From: Octopus bimaculoides
Lineage: Eukaryota
NCBI RefSeq assembly: GCF_001194135.2
Contig: NC_068992.1
Span: 13,037,466 to 13,100,384 of the forward strand
Length of the DNA stretch: 62,919 nucleotides
Reading direction: 5' to 3'
Shown: in pieces, positions 1 through 13,200 of the stretch
Layout of the letters: every line of letters begins with the position of its first letter
Numbering within the stretch: the stretch's first letter is position 1
Program-made: the position numbers and the translations under genes
Notes under the pieces: model-generated
Told to the model about the DNA's origin: nothing
The model's input: only the letters and a program-made list of their open reading frames with translations
Database searches by the model: none

Positions 1-224
1 ATATATATATATATATATAGTTGTGTACTCCTTATGCTGAGTTTGGACACTATCTGTACTGCACCTTATAAGCGTCATGGTATCTAATATGTTTTTTTTT
101 TTAAACCGGACAATGTTTTGAAAATGCACCGACATAGATTGCGTATCCGATCTGGGCCAACAAGGGCTGTATTTAAGTTCTGATCTTCGTGGATCTTAAA
201 ATAATCCATGCCCTGATAATACCC

Positions 225-730
225 CTCCTTACCTCCACCAAAGAAAGCCAAGGTCGTGTTATGCACAGGAAGGTGATGGCCCCAGTTTTCTGGGATGCAG
301 AAGTTATTGTGTTTTTATTCAAATGGCCCACACCATCAATGGAGAGTGCTATGTCAAATTGCTGTGACAGTTACGTAAGTCTATCAAGAGCAAATGCCCA
401 CGGAGACTAACAAAAAGGGTCTTGTCTAATCAGGACAATGCTCCAGCACACAATGGTTGCTATGTGTGACTGTGGCTCAGAACTGTTCGATCAGCCTCCC
501 TTTTCCTCCGATTTCACCCAAAGTGATTATCATCTGTTCTCAAACATGAAACGACATTTCGTTGGGAACCAGTATCGAAGTGATGATGACGTGATTCGTG
601 CTGTTGATGACTTTTGTGACTAAAAGATTAGAAGCTTCTTCACTAATGGAAATCAAGGACTGCAACGCTGAGGGAAGAAGTAATGAGTCTCTTGGTCAGG
701 ACCTGAACGTTTCAGCCGACATACTTACGT
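225..730 (+). mobile_element. Degraded mariner (DD34D) transposon, C-terminal catalytic region and probable 3' end
   Basis: Broken frames give PPPKKAKVV..KVMAPVFWDAE, QDNAPAH and PPFSSDFTQSDYHLFSNMKRHFVGNQYRSDDDVIRAVDDF (degenerate YSPDLAPSD motif). Frameshifts and stops are present. Confidence 0.9.
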
Positions 731-884
731 ACATATATTATGAAAATTTTCTGTGCTTCAATAATTTTTTCTAAGAAATTCCTTTTATTTATGTCTATCT
801 AACATGTAAATCTTTGTAACACCTATTAGCAAATGAAATACACATATAATGGAAAATGAATGACAGCAAAAAGTTACAACTTGT

Positions 885-1175
<291 letters not shown>

Positions 1176-2159
1176 ATTCAGAATGAATTAGAATCCTTCC
1201 CAAATTCGCCATGCTTCAGAATCACAATAGGATGTGAAACATCCAGAGAAGCTGAACTGAAGAAAACATTTGAATCTCGGGCTCCTTTGCATTATTATTT
1301 GTAAGATAATTTTACGATTTAAATCACGAAATTTCCCCTAGGACATCGAACATCAGTCACATTTTCTTTTCCCTTGTCGATTAAATTTATAGATCGCGCT
1401 GTTGCGACATATAATTTAAATATACGTTCACACTTTAAATAGCATCTGATATTATGGCTATTCTCAAAATTCTTACTATCATTATTTGCCAAATGTAATT
1501 CTTTTCCTTATGCACTCCCAGATTCATGTTATTATGTCTTATTTCAGCATTTGAATCCCATCCTATGTGGGATAACAACTTCAGGAGCTAACTAGGAGTT
1601 TAAGAGACACGCACATTTTATTGCTGTCTATTTGAAAGTAGGGTGAAATTTTTGGACTAAGTACCGGGCAGTATTTAATTTGATCTACATTCGAGACTAC
1701 ATTCTGCTGGTTTTTCATGGAAGGAATAATTCAAACTAAGCAAATTGATCACTTAAATCGACCATCTCAAAGCCAAAATTATATTGTTTGATATCTGCTG
1801 GTCTGTCATTAACACTGGCATACCGTACCAGGGAAGTCGACAAACATCTAATTTATGCATCCAAATTTCCCTAGAAATGTTATGTGATAATTTGGTGATA
1901 TATTTGCTTCTGTTGAATTAGATTTACAAATCCCTCATCTGTCCCAGCAAATCAACATGACGTAGACACGTTGTAGTATTATATTTTCACATTATGTCCT
2001 TCGTGCCGTTTTTGTTATCCGCCCGTTGTCTACGAATCATCATATTTAATTTAGTCTACATATCTTTGTGACATTTGAGACCCCTATTTGTGAACTTAAT
2101 TTTTAAATATGTAACACTGAAGATATGCCTTTAGAACGAACTCATATTTCAGTTCTATA

Positions 2160-2340
2160 TTTAAGAGATGAAGAATTATGTACATTATTTACATTATTTA
2201 CAGTGGACGGATATTTGTCCTCGTCTTGTTAATTGTTAACACAACATCTCGGCTGATATACCCTCCAGCCTTCATCAGGTGTCTGTGGAAATTTCGAAAC
2301 AGAGTCCTCATTCCTCAGGTATTTTTCGATGTTGTTAGTA
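2160..2340 (-). mobile_element. Short repeat, probably Penelope-derived, carrying a degenerate hammerhead motif
   Basis: Minus strand reads GACAC-CTGATGA-A-GGCTG-loop-CAGCC-GAGA-TGTT-GTGTT and ends in a tandem TGTAAATAA tail. Confidence 0.55.
2238..2283 (-). ncRNA. Minimal type-I hammerhead ribozyme motif, degenerate (GAAA>GAGA, ACGT>ATGT)
   Basis: Stem I GACAC/GTGTT, core CTGATGA, stem II GGCTG/CAGCC with a 10-nt loop, cleavage triplet GTT. Confidence 0.6.
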
Positions 2341-2349
2341 TTATTACTG

Positions 2350-2422
<73 letters not shown>
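2341..2422. repeat. (TAT)n microsatellite running into a gap
   Basis: Directly visible. Confidence 0.97.
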
Positions 2423-2689
2423 NNNNNNNNNNNNNNNNNNNNNNNNNNNNNNNNNNNNNNNNNNNNNNNNNNNNNNNNNNNNNNNNNNNNNNNNNNNNNN
2501 NNNNNNNNNNNNNNNNNNNNNNNNNNNNNNNNNNNNNNNNNNNNNNNNNNNNNNNNNNNNNNNNNNNNNNNNNNNNNNNNNNNNNNNNNNNNNNNNNNNN
2601 NNNNNNNNNNNNNNNNNNNNNNNNNNNNNNNNNNNNNNNNNNNNNNNNNNNNNNNNNNNNNNNNNNNNNNNNNNNNNNNNNNNNNNNNN

Positions 2690-3110
2690 CCTCAAGAGAC
2701 AACAAGTTAGAAGTTCATGTAGGTGTTATGCCTAGGGTACCATATATTTGGATTTGTACAGTTTTGTTCTAGTGAATGTTTAAGAAACCATAAGAAAATT
2801 ATGTGTTTGCTTTAAAATTTGAGATCACATAGACAGTATTTTACGTAGGATATGGGCAGTTCCCATCAGCACTATCTTTTGAACTTCAGCCATTTTGGGG
2901 TTTCCTGGTATCTGAGCTAGGTAGTAATCAGCCTGTTTCGCTGTCATTCCCAGGGCACCTATGACAATAGGTATTGTTTTCATCTTCAGATTCCACATTT
3001 TGCTAATTTCTATTTTAAGATCTTTATATTTGCTCAGTTTTTGGTAGGTCTTGACAGATACGTTTAAATCGATTGAGACAGTCATATTAATGAGCAGGCA
3101 TGATTTTTGA
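2690..3110 (-). mobile_element. R4/Dong-clade non-LTR retrotransposon, 3' fragment (restriction-like endonuclease C-terminus plus 3' UTR)
   Basis: Minus ORF CLLINMTVSIDLNVSVKTYQKLSKYKDLKIEISKMWNLKMKTIPIVIGALG..EVQKIVLMGTAHILRKILSM* matches the REL-domain pattern K..KY.DL..EI..MW...PIVIGALG. TAA-type repeats lie on both sides. Confidence 0.88.
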
Positions 3111-3129
3111 TTATTATTATTATCATTAT

Positions 3130-3675
3130 TGTGTGAGAGAGCAGTGCATGCCATGAAAGTGACTCTGGGATAAAATATACGAAGCCCATTATACCCATCA
3201 TGACTACCCGTCTGATAAGGGTACATCAGGCACATGCATCACAGCCATGTGTGCACGACATGGTGATCTCATATCAAGATAAACAGCGCATGTCCTCGCA
3301 GGTGGGGCCCAGTTAGAATTTTCACCAGGTAGAGTAGCTCATCCTGCTCAAAAGGTCCCTGAATAAGGTTTGTTTAAGGATGTTGAGCAAAACACCCATG
3401 TTTCCAAATCTGAATTATTCAAACTCCAAAGAATTCCTCTCAACACATGGCTATGATACTCCCCCATTACTTCTGCTCGTGATCAGAGATGCACATATCG
3501 TCAGCCAGTAAGTGACATGCTCAACTGGTTAAGGTCAAACAACTGACAAGTATATCTGTGTTATTAAGCAGAATATTTGCTGTAGCCCATCTTTTATACC
3601 AAGACAAAACAATATACATGATAACATTTCGAATCAATTAAGATCGGAAGCCACAAGAGCCACTGCTTGGTACAA
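3130..3675. mobile_element. Unclassified interspersed repeat adjoining the Dong fragment
   Basis: A second diverged copy lies at 40400-40635 (shared gcatgccat.aaagtgac, aggcacatgcatcaca.ccat and gcccagttagaattt). Confidence 0.7.
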
Positions 3676-4409
3676 CATCCGACACAACGACGTTGATTAA
3701 ATAAAAGGAAATGAGTTCAGTGAGCTTTCTTCACGCATGCGTCAATGCTGACATATCGAAAGAAACCCCTACGTTATTTTGATATGTTCGGTACGTCTTT
3801 CAGTACATATCTGACCGTAGCGTTCATATTGCAAAGAATTATCAGATTTAAAAAAGAAAATATCGTTACCAAAGTGCCAAATATTTAGCGACTGTATTCA
3901 AATCGAGATAGATTCCATACTGAATTACTTTCCTCTAGAGGTCGATGAAATTAAGAATCACTCATATATTGGAGACAGTTCAATATACTATAAAATAATC
4001 TTTATATGAATATGTGGTATTGTGCCAAAGCTACAAATCAATATCTTGAAATAGGATATTCACTATTAGATAATGTGCTTAAATTACCGACTGGGCACTG
4101 GTGAAGTATTCTCAAAACTGCACATGCTACTTGCAAAAGAATGTTACACCAGGAGGTCACATTTATGCATTCGTTCTCATTTCTCGCTTTCATTTCATTT
4201 TCTTTTGCTTACGTAAGCTTTCCAATGAACATAACTACGAATATATTGGAGAAGTAGAAAAATAATGTAAATTTTAAGTAAAACAATAAAAGACGACGAG
4301 AATGAACATAATTTGGTCGCTTGTATATACACAAATTATATACATATCTATATTGATACAGAGGTACACATACATGCACATTCGTACATATATATAGATA
4401 TGCATATGG

Positions 4410-4452
<43 letters not shown>

Positions 4453-4453
<1 letters not shown>

Positions 4454-4607
4454 AATAATATGTGACAATTATTCGGTAGCCATATGATAAAACTCCGTGT
4501 TTCGGATGTCGGAGCGGAAACTCACGCCGCCATCTCTGCAGTTATCTGGTCATCTTCCGAAATTCGGAGTTTTATCATGGCTACCGAATAATTGTTACAT
4601 ATTATTT
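4453..4607. repeat. Foldback / MITE-like element with ~52-bp inverted arms
   Basis: 4453-4506 is a near-perfect reverse complement of 4556-4607 (3 mismatches, one 2-bp indel), with a 49-bp spacer. Confidence 0.85.
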
Positions 4608-5707
4608 ATAGATAAATTCCTCTATTTACATAATATCGATGTCGCTTTCTTTCTTTTGTTGTCTTACCTTTTCTCTCAATATATAAATACATATCTATTC
4701 GTTACACCTCAACCATTCTTTAGATGTTTAGATTCTGTCCACCTGCTATTATTGGGAGGTGAAAGTATTCGTTGTTCTTAAACCTGTCATCCACTAACTA
4801 CATCACGAATAACTACAACAAAATGAATCATATCTACGAAAATAACAAATATTTTCCTAGATATTAGTGATACAATATGATAGTTGATATTAATTTGCTA
4901 ATTTTTGTATTACGAAATTTGCCGCTTAGGTAAAACGCAAAATGAACCTAAACATACTAATACATATCTTATTATCATTATAATCTTCATTAAAAGCAGC
5001 AGCATCTGTTCATTAAGGAGAAATGAACTTTAGGTTACCTAAAACATTTTTGTGACATATATGAACTACTAATTGCAAATTCACAGCATTTATTATAGTA
5101 AAAAGTGAAAAGCCACCATATCTGCCCAGTGTTTCCATCTAGCAGTTCCCAAATGCTTGTTTTTGGCTTCTTAGGCTTCCTCAAAAAGAAATACCGGAAA
5201 GTAACCCTGCGCAGATTCAAATTCATAGCTTTAACTAAAAAGCACTCAACATCAGCGGCGGAAGTTTGCTAATGGTTCGCTTGATTGGAATAAAAATAGC
5301 AGAATCAGAATAGCAGGAACACTTTGGTATTTCCCATTCTGGACGACTAAAGAGCCAGAAAGACGCGTCTGGGAATCCGATTCATGGAACCATTTGACAT
5401 GTGCCTTTACACGTTTTACCGTAACAGAAAATTTTTTCTCCTCGCTAACTGAAGGGAATTTTCAATTTAGAATTTAAAATATGTCAAACATGTTTTAACT
5501 AGCCTACAGTTCTATAAATTTCATTGTAAATATCTCCGTGCATGTTTTTGGAATGAACATCCCATTATCTTAAAATAACAATTAACCTTAACGGAATCTG
5601 GAATATTATTCGACGATCTTGAAGTTCTCCAAATATATGTTTGTGTATATGTGTTTGTGTGTTCGTGTGTTTGCGCAAGTGTGTTAGTGAATATATATGT
5701 ATATATA

Positions 5708-5752
<45 letters not shown>

Positions 5753-7570
5753 TTATATTGGTGGATTGAGAGATAGAGAGAGTGAGAGATTGACAGATAG
5801 TGAGATGTATATGTGTGTAAATAGTTTAACATAAATAGCTAGATAGTGTACTCAGTATTAGATGGCGATGTTGATGAACAGCACGATCATGCTTATCGCA
5901 TATACCTCCGGCATTCGTTCTGCCATGTTTCCAGTTCTCTTGTCTTTCCAAAATGTAAATGCCTTTCTTTAGACTTACCGTTTCAACAGAACATGCTGAT
6001 ACTATCACTTAGTACTTTGATATCTCTATTCTAAAAGTCTTCTTTTCACAGGTAACCATATACGATAAAAACACAGACATGCATACGTAGATGCATACAC
6101 AAATATTTACGTAAACTTACACATTTATACACGCACAGACGCACGTACACGCACATATACTTATACATGTATATATGTATAATTATATATATNNNNNNNN
6201 NNNNNNNNNNNNNNNNNNNNNNNNNNNNNNNNNNNNNNNNNNNNNNNNNNNNNNNNNNNNNNNNNNNNNNNNNNNNNNNNNNNNNNNNNNNNNNNNNNNN
6301 NNNNNNNNNNNNNNNNNNNNNNNNNNATATATATATATATATACACACACACGCACTTACATCATGCATATTTATATATACATATGTATCTCTGTGTGGG
6401 AGTATTCTGTATGTTTGTCTGTGTGAGATTCTATTCACACACACACAAACAGACAGAAACATAATCAGATACACGGATAAAGGGAGAAGGGGAGAGGGAG
6501 AGAGAGGGAGACGGGAAAGGAGAGACAAGGGATGACTTCTTTCAACGTGCTCACAATGAATTCGATATGTTGTGATATGCAATATAAATATAGTAAATAA
6601 GCTTTACGTGAGCTAAGCGAAGAAAGTTTAGTTAGAAATTTACTCACCGTCTTCTTAAGGTCAAAATATTAAACTAATAAAATTCCCGACGTCTGCATTC
6701 TTACCAAGAACATTGAACTTTGAAATGATTTTCATCTTAGGCGTCTTATGGTTATATAAAATTTAATAGCATTCACCTGCACATAATAATCGACAGTAAT
6801 AGATTGAAAACGTAGTTTTCCGGCTTACAGTTTGTTCGGTTGCTCATATTTGAATATTTAGTTTTATTCTGTATTGAACTGCATTTCATATTGTAACTTT
6901 GGTTACAATTGGTTACAATTTACCGAGCGTGTATAAAATAATATATATTCGTTTTCTTTTAAACGAAATGATATATCACGTCAATGTTTAATGTTTTAAT
7001 GCACACAAGACTTAAATCTTTTGAGACTTATATTCAATTCGGTTACATGCATTAATGTTAAGAATAATAAATACAGTTTGTGATAGACAGCAATCATGCA
7101 GAAAATACCAGCTTTCAAATTCTGATTAAACTTGAAATCCCAGTTACATTTTACTGCATTTCTTCTGGAGTAAATAAATAACAAAATTCAACGTGGAGAA
7201 TCAATTCAATATACCAAATTTGAAAATTCTGACGTAATTTTAAAAATTCATAATGTGACAGCAATAGGGAAGACCCTCAAAATTGATAATAATCAACTAA
7301 CAATCAATTTGTTTCATAGACGTACATTATCAATTATCTCATCATTCCAATCACACCACCAATTCAACCAATATTACCATACCATGGCAGTCAATCAATT
7401 TTATGATTCAACTGTATTATTTGCCAGTATTTGTGAATCTCTTTGTCAATGTATCCAACGTCATTTAAACGGGAAATGATCAGGGAAAGTGATAGAACAT
7501 GAAACTGTGCAATGTGAAAGTGAACTGGAAATGACTCTCGCTTTTGCCGGTGTATAACCATCGGTTTTCT

Positions 7571-7601
<31 letters not shown>

Positions 7602-7604
7602 AAC

Positions 7605-7700
7605 GCCGTGCGCATGCGTAGTCTCACGCATGCGTGGAATTAAACATGCAAGCTTTCCCGCTTAATTCTATCTCTTTCTCGGTCGGCCGACCATGGGCAT
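7605..7700. promoter_or_regulatory. CpG-rich patch with two NRF1-like palindromes (candidate promoter)
   Basis: TGCGCATGCGTA at 7609-7620, CACGCATGCGTG at 7625-7636 and GGTCGGCCGACC at 7681-7692, in an AT-rich background. Confidence 0.35.
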
Positions 7701-8522
7701 GGACGTGTCAAGCAGTGTCTCCAACATTCCAACCTGGAGCCAGTCTCTTTACGTGTTTAGCTGTCACTCTCCATCTTTCGGACTTACACTCGACAGCTCT
7801 CTTACATCTACATAACAACGTCCCAACAACTATGCTCACACACACAGAAACTGTAAGAACAAGAGCTAAAGATGTATATATTTACCACCTGAATAAATGT
7901 TGTTTAAGTTGATAGTCTGGAGTTCAGCGTTCCGTTATATTCTTTAATTTTATTTAGGAAAGTCAGGTATACATCTAATGATATATATATATATATATNN
8001 NNNNNNNNNNNNNNNNNNNNNNNNNNNNNNNNNNNNNNNNNNNNNNNNNNNNNNNNNNNNNNNNNNNNNNNNNNNNNNNNNNNNNNNNNNNNNNNNNNNN
8101 NNNNNNNNNNNNNNNNNNNNNNNNNNNNNNNNNNNNNNNNNNNNNNNNNNNNNNNNNNNNNNNNNNNNNNNNNNNNNNNNNNNNNNNNNNNNNNNNNNNN
8201 NNNNNNNNNNNNNNNNNNNNNNNNNNNNNNNNNNNNNNNNNNNNNNNNNNNNNNNNNNNNNNNNNNNNNNNNNNNNNNNNNNNNNNNNNNNNNNNNNNNN
8301 NNNNNNNNNNNNNNNNNNNNNNNNNNNNNNNNNNNNNNNNNNNNNNNNNNNNNNNNNNNNNNNNNNNNNNNNNNNNNNNNNNNNNNNNNNNNNNNNNNNN
8401 NNNNNNNNNNNNNNNNNNNNNNNNNNNNNNNNNNNNNNNNNNNNNNNNNNNNNNNNNNNNNNNNNNNNNNNNNNNNNNNNNNNNNNNNNNNNNNNNNNNN
8501 NNNNNNNNNNNNNNNNNNNNNN

Positions 8523-8572
<50 letters not shown>

Positions 8573-9769
8573 TGTGTGTGTGTGTGTGTATGCATGTATA
8601 CATGTATGTATGTTTATGTATTTGGTTTGCACATTTTTTGTGTGTTGAAAGAGATATTCTCATATTTGGAGATGGTCATACTTTTCATTTAATGACAAAT
8701 AACTGCAGGCGCTATATACTCGTTGTTCGCTTCAAATTTATTGTACTTATTTCAATGTCCTTTGTCTGCAGTCTCTCATCATACATCATGTGACATTGAA
8801 GATGTCACGGGATGTGTGACGTTGATAATGTCATCACAGAATGTGTGATGAAAGGTTTCAAATGACACTAAAATAAAAAGAATAAGAAATAGTTAGAGCT
8901 AAGAGAAAGAAAATGGGAGATAATCAAGATTTAAGCTTTAATTTCTTGAGTTTATTGACACGTCCCGAAAAAGGACGATTTGATCTTTATTTGAATAGGA
9001 AAAGGAGCTACAAACATGATTTGGTCTATTATTTCTCAGATGTAGAACATATTTTAATGAAATCTGGAAAATAGTGAAGCGGCATCTAAATAGAGGAAAA
9101 GAATAATTAATAAGTTTATCAGAAATAATTTGTATAACAAAAAGCTTTGAGAAAATTAACATACTACATAAATATCACATATTTGAAAACTCAAGTGTAC
9201 ATGTGACGTACTTAATGCTAGACGCCAAGAAAAAAATTATTTCAGTTACTAGAAACATGTTCTGCACTTGGAGAAACAATATACACATTTATAATATAGC
9301 AGGCAATTTTTAGCATTCTCAAATATAAAAACGTAAATTAAAATAGCTTGAAGCTATTAAGGAATAATATTCCGAGTTAATTTACAATTTTATAGACAGC
9401 AAGTTTTTATTTTTGTTTTATATGGACATGATTCGTTCTATTAAGTCACATCAATAGTGTACAGCCTAATTACATTTTGAGGTCAGTGGATAGTTTCTTT
9501 CCAAACTAAATATATAATATATATATTATACATTTACAATGCAAAAATTATATTTTTTTTTAACTCAGATGCGACGAATGAAAATTGAAAACAATATGAT
9601 GAATGGAATATAAAGATTGAAATATATAGTTGATAAATATTTTTCTATGAGATACAATACAACATATTTCTTAACAGACAATACGTATTTCTATGTTATT
9701 ACCATCCATTGTTAGTTGTAAATTGAGACATCAGAGCGTGGAAAGAATATACGTATATATATTATACAT

Positions 9770-9885
9770 TTACTTGTATGTTTGTATGCATGTATGTATG
9801 TATGCATTTATGTATGTATGTATTTATCTATTTATCTCTGTTTGTCTGTCTGTCTGTCTTTCTCTCTCTTTCTATCCCTCTCTCT

Positions 9886-9927
<42 letters not shown>

Positions 9928-9948
9928 CATGCACACACAGACGGACAC

Positions 9949-10005
<57 letters not shown>

Positions 10006-10170
10006 CATATATATGTGTATATGTATGAACGTATATACCTATGCATGTGTATATATATATATACATGCATACATACATACATTCATAAATGTATACATAA
10101 ATATGTATGTATATATGTATGAATGTATGTGTGGATGTATGCATGCATGTATATATTTATATATATGAAG
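9770..10170. repeat. Compound TATG/TCTG/TC/TA microsatellite
   Basis: Directly visible. Confidence 0.95.
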
Positions 10171-11371
10171 CATATTAACAAGTCAAGATTTCTTTTCCTT
10201 CAGCTGATTAATTGTTTCATTTTATTTCACAGACGAATACAGATATAAGAGGGAAAGTAAATAGTAGAAATGTAAATTAGATAAATTAATCTATATTTTT
10301 GGTTTGAAGATGATATGAATATGAAAGCGTCAAAAAATTGCATGTTGCCTCATAAAATACAAAGAATTTTATGTATTAACATTTTCTTATCTTTCTTCTT
10401 TTCTAATGGAATAATCATTTTCTGACACTAATTTGGAAACACACATTATTCTGTGAATGTTATTATTATAATGGCCTGTCAACAGACATATTGTATTATG
10501 TCTTATGCTTTTAAGACAAATGTGTATGCATAAGTTAAGAACAATGTTTTATGGATTGTCTGATATGCAACCGAGAAATGTTATGAGGTTCGAGTTTCCA
10601 TTTTGAAATAGTCTTAGCTGTTGGCTAATGGGAAAATATTTAGGAATTAAGTGTATGTTTTTCAGTGAATCTCTGTACACATGTGTTTGCATGTGCACAA
10701 TTCTTGTGTGTATGTGTGTGTACATTTTGTTGGACGAGTGGGCGAAAGAAAGTATTATGTCGGATGTTTTTGAGCAAAATATTCGCGCACTTTTCTTTTT
10801 GTTTCAGTGTAATTTTTTCCGTGCAATGCTAATGATTGAAATATTTAACGCAGAAGTCTTCATAGAAATACAAAAATAAAACTATTTTCGGATACCAGAA
10901 GCTGTATCGCTGATAAGATTTTGAAATAGTACATTGAGAGAAAGAGCAGCTCTTATAACATTTTCGGATGGTCCAACACCGGTGAGAGAAAGAGATGCTG
11001 CGGGGGCCTGTATCAACTGCTTATAACAGTGTAGCCTTCATTCAAGATAGTTTCTTAACTATATAGGTACCCCTGTGGTCATTACTTAAGTCATATCGAG
11101 TCTACTTCATTTGTGAAAAATGCGAATCGACAAAGAATTTCAAAATGGCACCCGAAGAAAGCGTCTCCAACGATAAAAGAAAAAACTGAAACTGCACTTC
11201 ATAATTTCACTTATTAAAAATAGCAACGAATGTTTCCTCAAACCTACCAACCCTTAATCTCCATAAAGAAACTACGTATTGAGTAATATATTCTTGTACT
11301 GCGCCGGAGACAAAAAAAAACCCAGATTATTCCTAATAGGAGCTATTGTGATCATATTTATTTACCATCAG

Positions 11372-11426
11372 GACAGAACTGAAACAGAAGAATGCCTTAC
11401 AACGTTGGAAGAAACACTGAAATTTG
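11372..11426 (+). CDS. Candidate internal exon (DRTETEECLTTLEETLKF), gene unknown
   Basis: Acceptor atttatttaccatcag and donor G|GTGAGT; open in phase 0. The peptide is not recognised. Confidence 0.27.
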
Positions 11427-11958
11427 GTGAGTAGGGAATAGTTGAATTTGTCGACATCAGGATTTTCTTTGTAAAGAAAGAATTCAAACCAACAATTACA
11501 TAATTAATATTGACTTTTCCTAAAACACAATTCTGGAGCACAGAAAATAGGTGAGATGCATGTATGCATTTAACATCCTGCTCAGATTAATCTAGAATGG
11601 AATAAATTATTGCCCTACTATGAACATCACGTCAAACTATATTTATGAAATTTGGCATGTGTTGAAAACCCTTCTATTAATATGAATGCGTACATGATGT
11701 TACGTGCCTCATCAGCAGATAAGGTGGTTTAATGAAAGATTCTTGTTCATATTCAAGTCAGTGATTATGTATAATACTCCCCGTAGTTCAGAATAAAACA
11801 GTCATAATGATCACGTGCAAACAAATATGACAAGGTAGAATGTACCCTGATTCCGTTAATTGTTTTATGTATTTCAGTATTCGAAAACCAATATATATGC
11901 AGCTTCGCATAGCCTCCGCATACGCAACTCAGTGAATCATCGCGGACAAAATAGCTAT

Positions 11959-11959
<1 letters not shown>

Positions 11960-12022
<63 letters not shown>
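11960..12022. repeat. (GA)n microsatellite
   Basis: Directly visible. Confidence 0.97.
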
Positions 12023-12026
<4 letters not shown>

Positions 12027-12994
12027 CTCGTTCTTAAATTATCCACATTTTAAATCGGTGGTTATACTTTCGTTGCATTGAAGAATTTCCTGCATGCAAT
12101 AGATTTTTAGAACATTAGGTCAGAAAGAGTAGCTGCCAGAAAAATGAATTTTGAGTTCTGATGTCATGTGATAAGTCTCAAATTAGTTTTTCTGCTGAAA
12201 TTTGAGTTTGACAATCGAAATGCTTCAAGTGCCGAAGCAACTATGGCTTCGATTTTGATTTTGTTCTGTCGGGAATGCAAACAAACTAGAAAATCTCTTA
12301 TTAACACCGAAAATACAACACTCTATATCATCGTCAACATCATCACCCACATCACCATCATCGTTATCATAACAACAATGGTTTCTTCAATAACAGCATC
12401 ATTAAGGTGGAATAACAACAGAAAGAAATATAATGCTGCTGCCTCATTTTATTTAGGTTGTCGCCAAAATATAGATTCCGGAGGTTACCTCTGAGCGGAT
12501 GTCGCGAAAGAACGGGGAGCTACAGCAAAGAGATATGAGATGTTGACAAGTCCACAATCAAGCCAATTACTAAAGTAAGAACTATAATAATGAATCAATA
12601 AGAGGTAATCTACGAGGTTTCTGTCTCTACCAGAAATTGCTGGCAAGTTTCATCTAATACTTTTAAATATGACTGGTCGAGTGGTGAGTGTAATAAGTGT
12701 GAACTCTTAGAAAACATAGAACATCGACCTGTCCTGTCATAGCAAATTGGAAGAAAACTATCAACAACGAAAAACATTACACATGGATAACGTTAAGAAT
12801 AAGATACAGGCTTTTTTTAAAGTAACAGTTTACATGAAAATAACATCGTAGCAATTTACTTTATGATTACAAATTTAGACAGTCAAAGATTTTAATGCCA
12901 CCTCGGTGTATTTACTAGTGCGGTATACACCTTATTGAAGGCGCTGTATTCGAATCTAACAGGAAATTTACAGCTTTATTCCATGTGCTGTATG

Positions 12995-13200
12995 AAGTTA
13001 TGTAGCTTAGTGGTTAGAGCGTTGTACTCATGATCTTAAAAATCATAGTTTCAATTCCCGGACTGGGCGGAGTGATGTACAATAGAGGAAAATCTTCATT
13101 TCTCGTTGCTCCAGTTTACTCAACTGTAAAATGAGTTCCAGCATTAACCGAGAATTTACCTCCATAACAGACTGCAATCCTGTTCAAGGGATTGTCGAGC
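12995..13200 (+). mobile_element. tRNA-derived SINE, family C
   Basis: A box TAGCTTAGTGG and B-box-like TTTCAATTCC, followed by the ttcatttctcgttgctccagt body shared with 18308-18410. Confidence 0.75.

Noticed and set aside
1181-1303. 40-codon open frame after the microsatellite
   Set aside because: No polypyrimidine tract and no recognisable product.
2285-2322. Minus-strand CTGAGGA...GAAA
   Set aside because: No stem II or stem I pairing.
12995-13075. tRNA-like A and B boxes (also at 13770, 18308 and 20705)
   Set aside because: No complete cloverleaf, and each continues into SINE body sequence; these are not tRNA genes.
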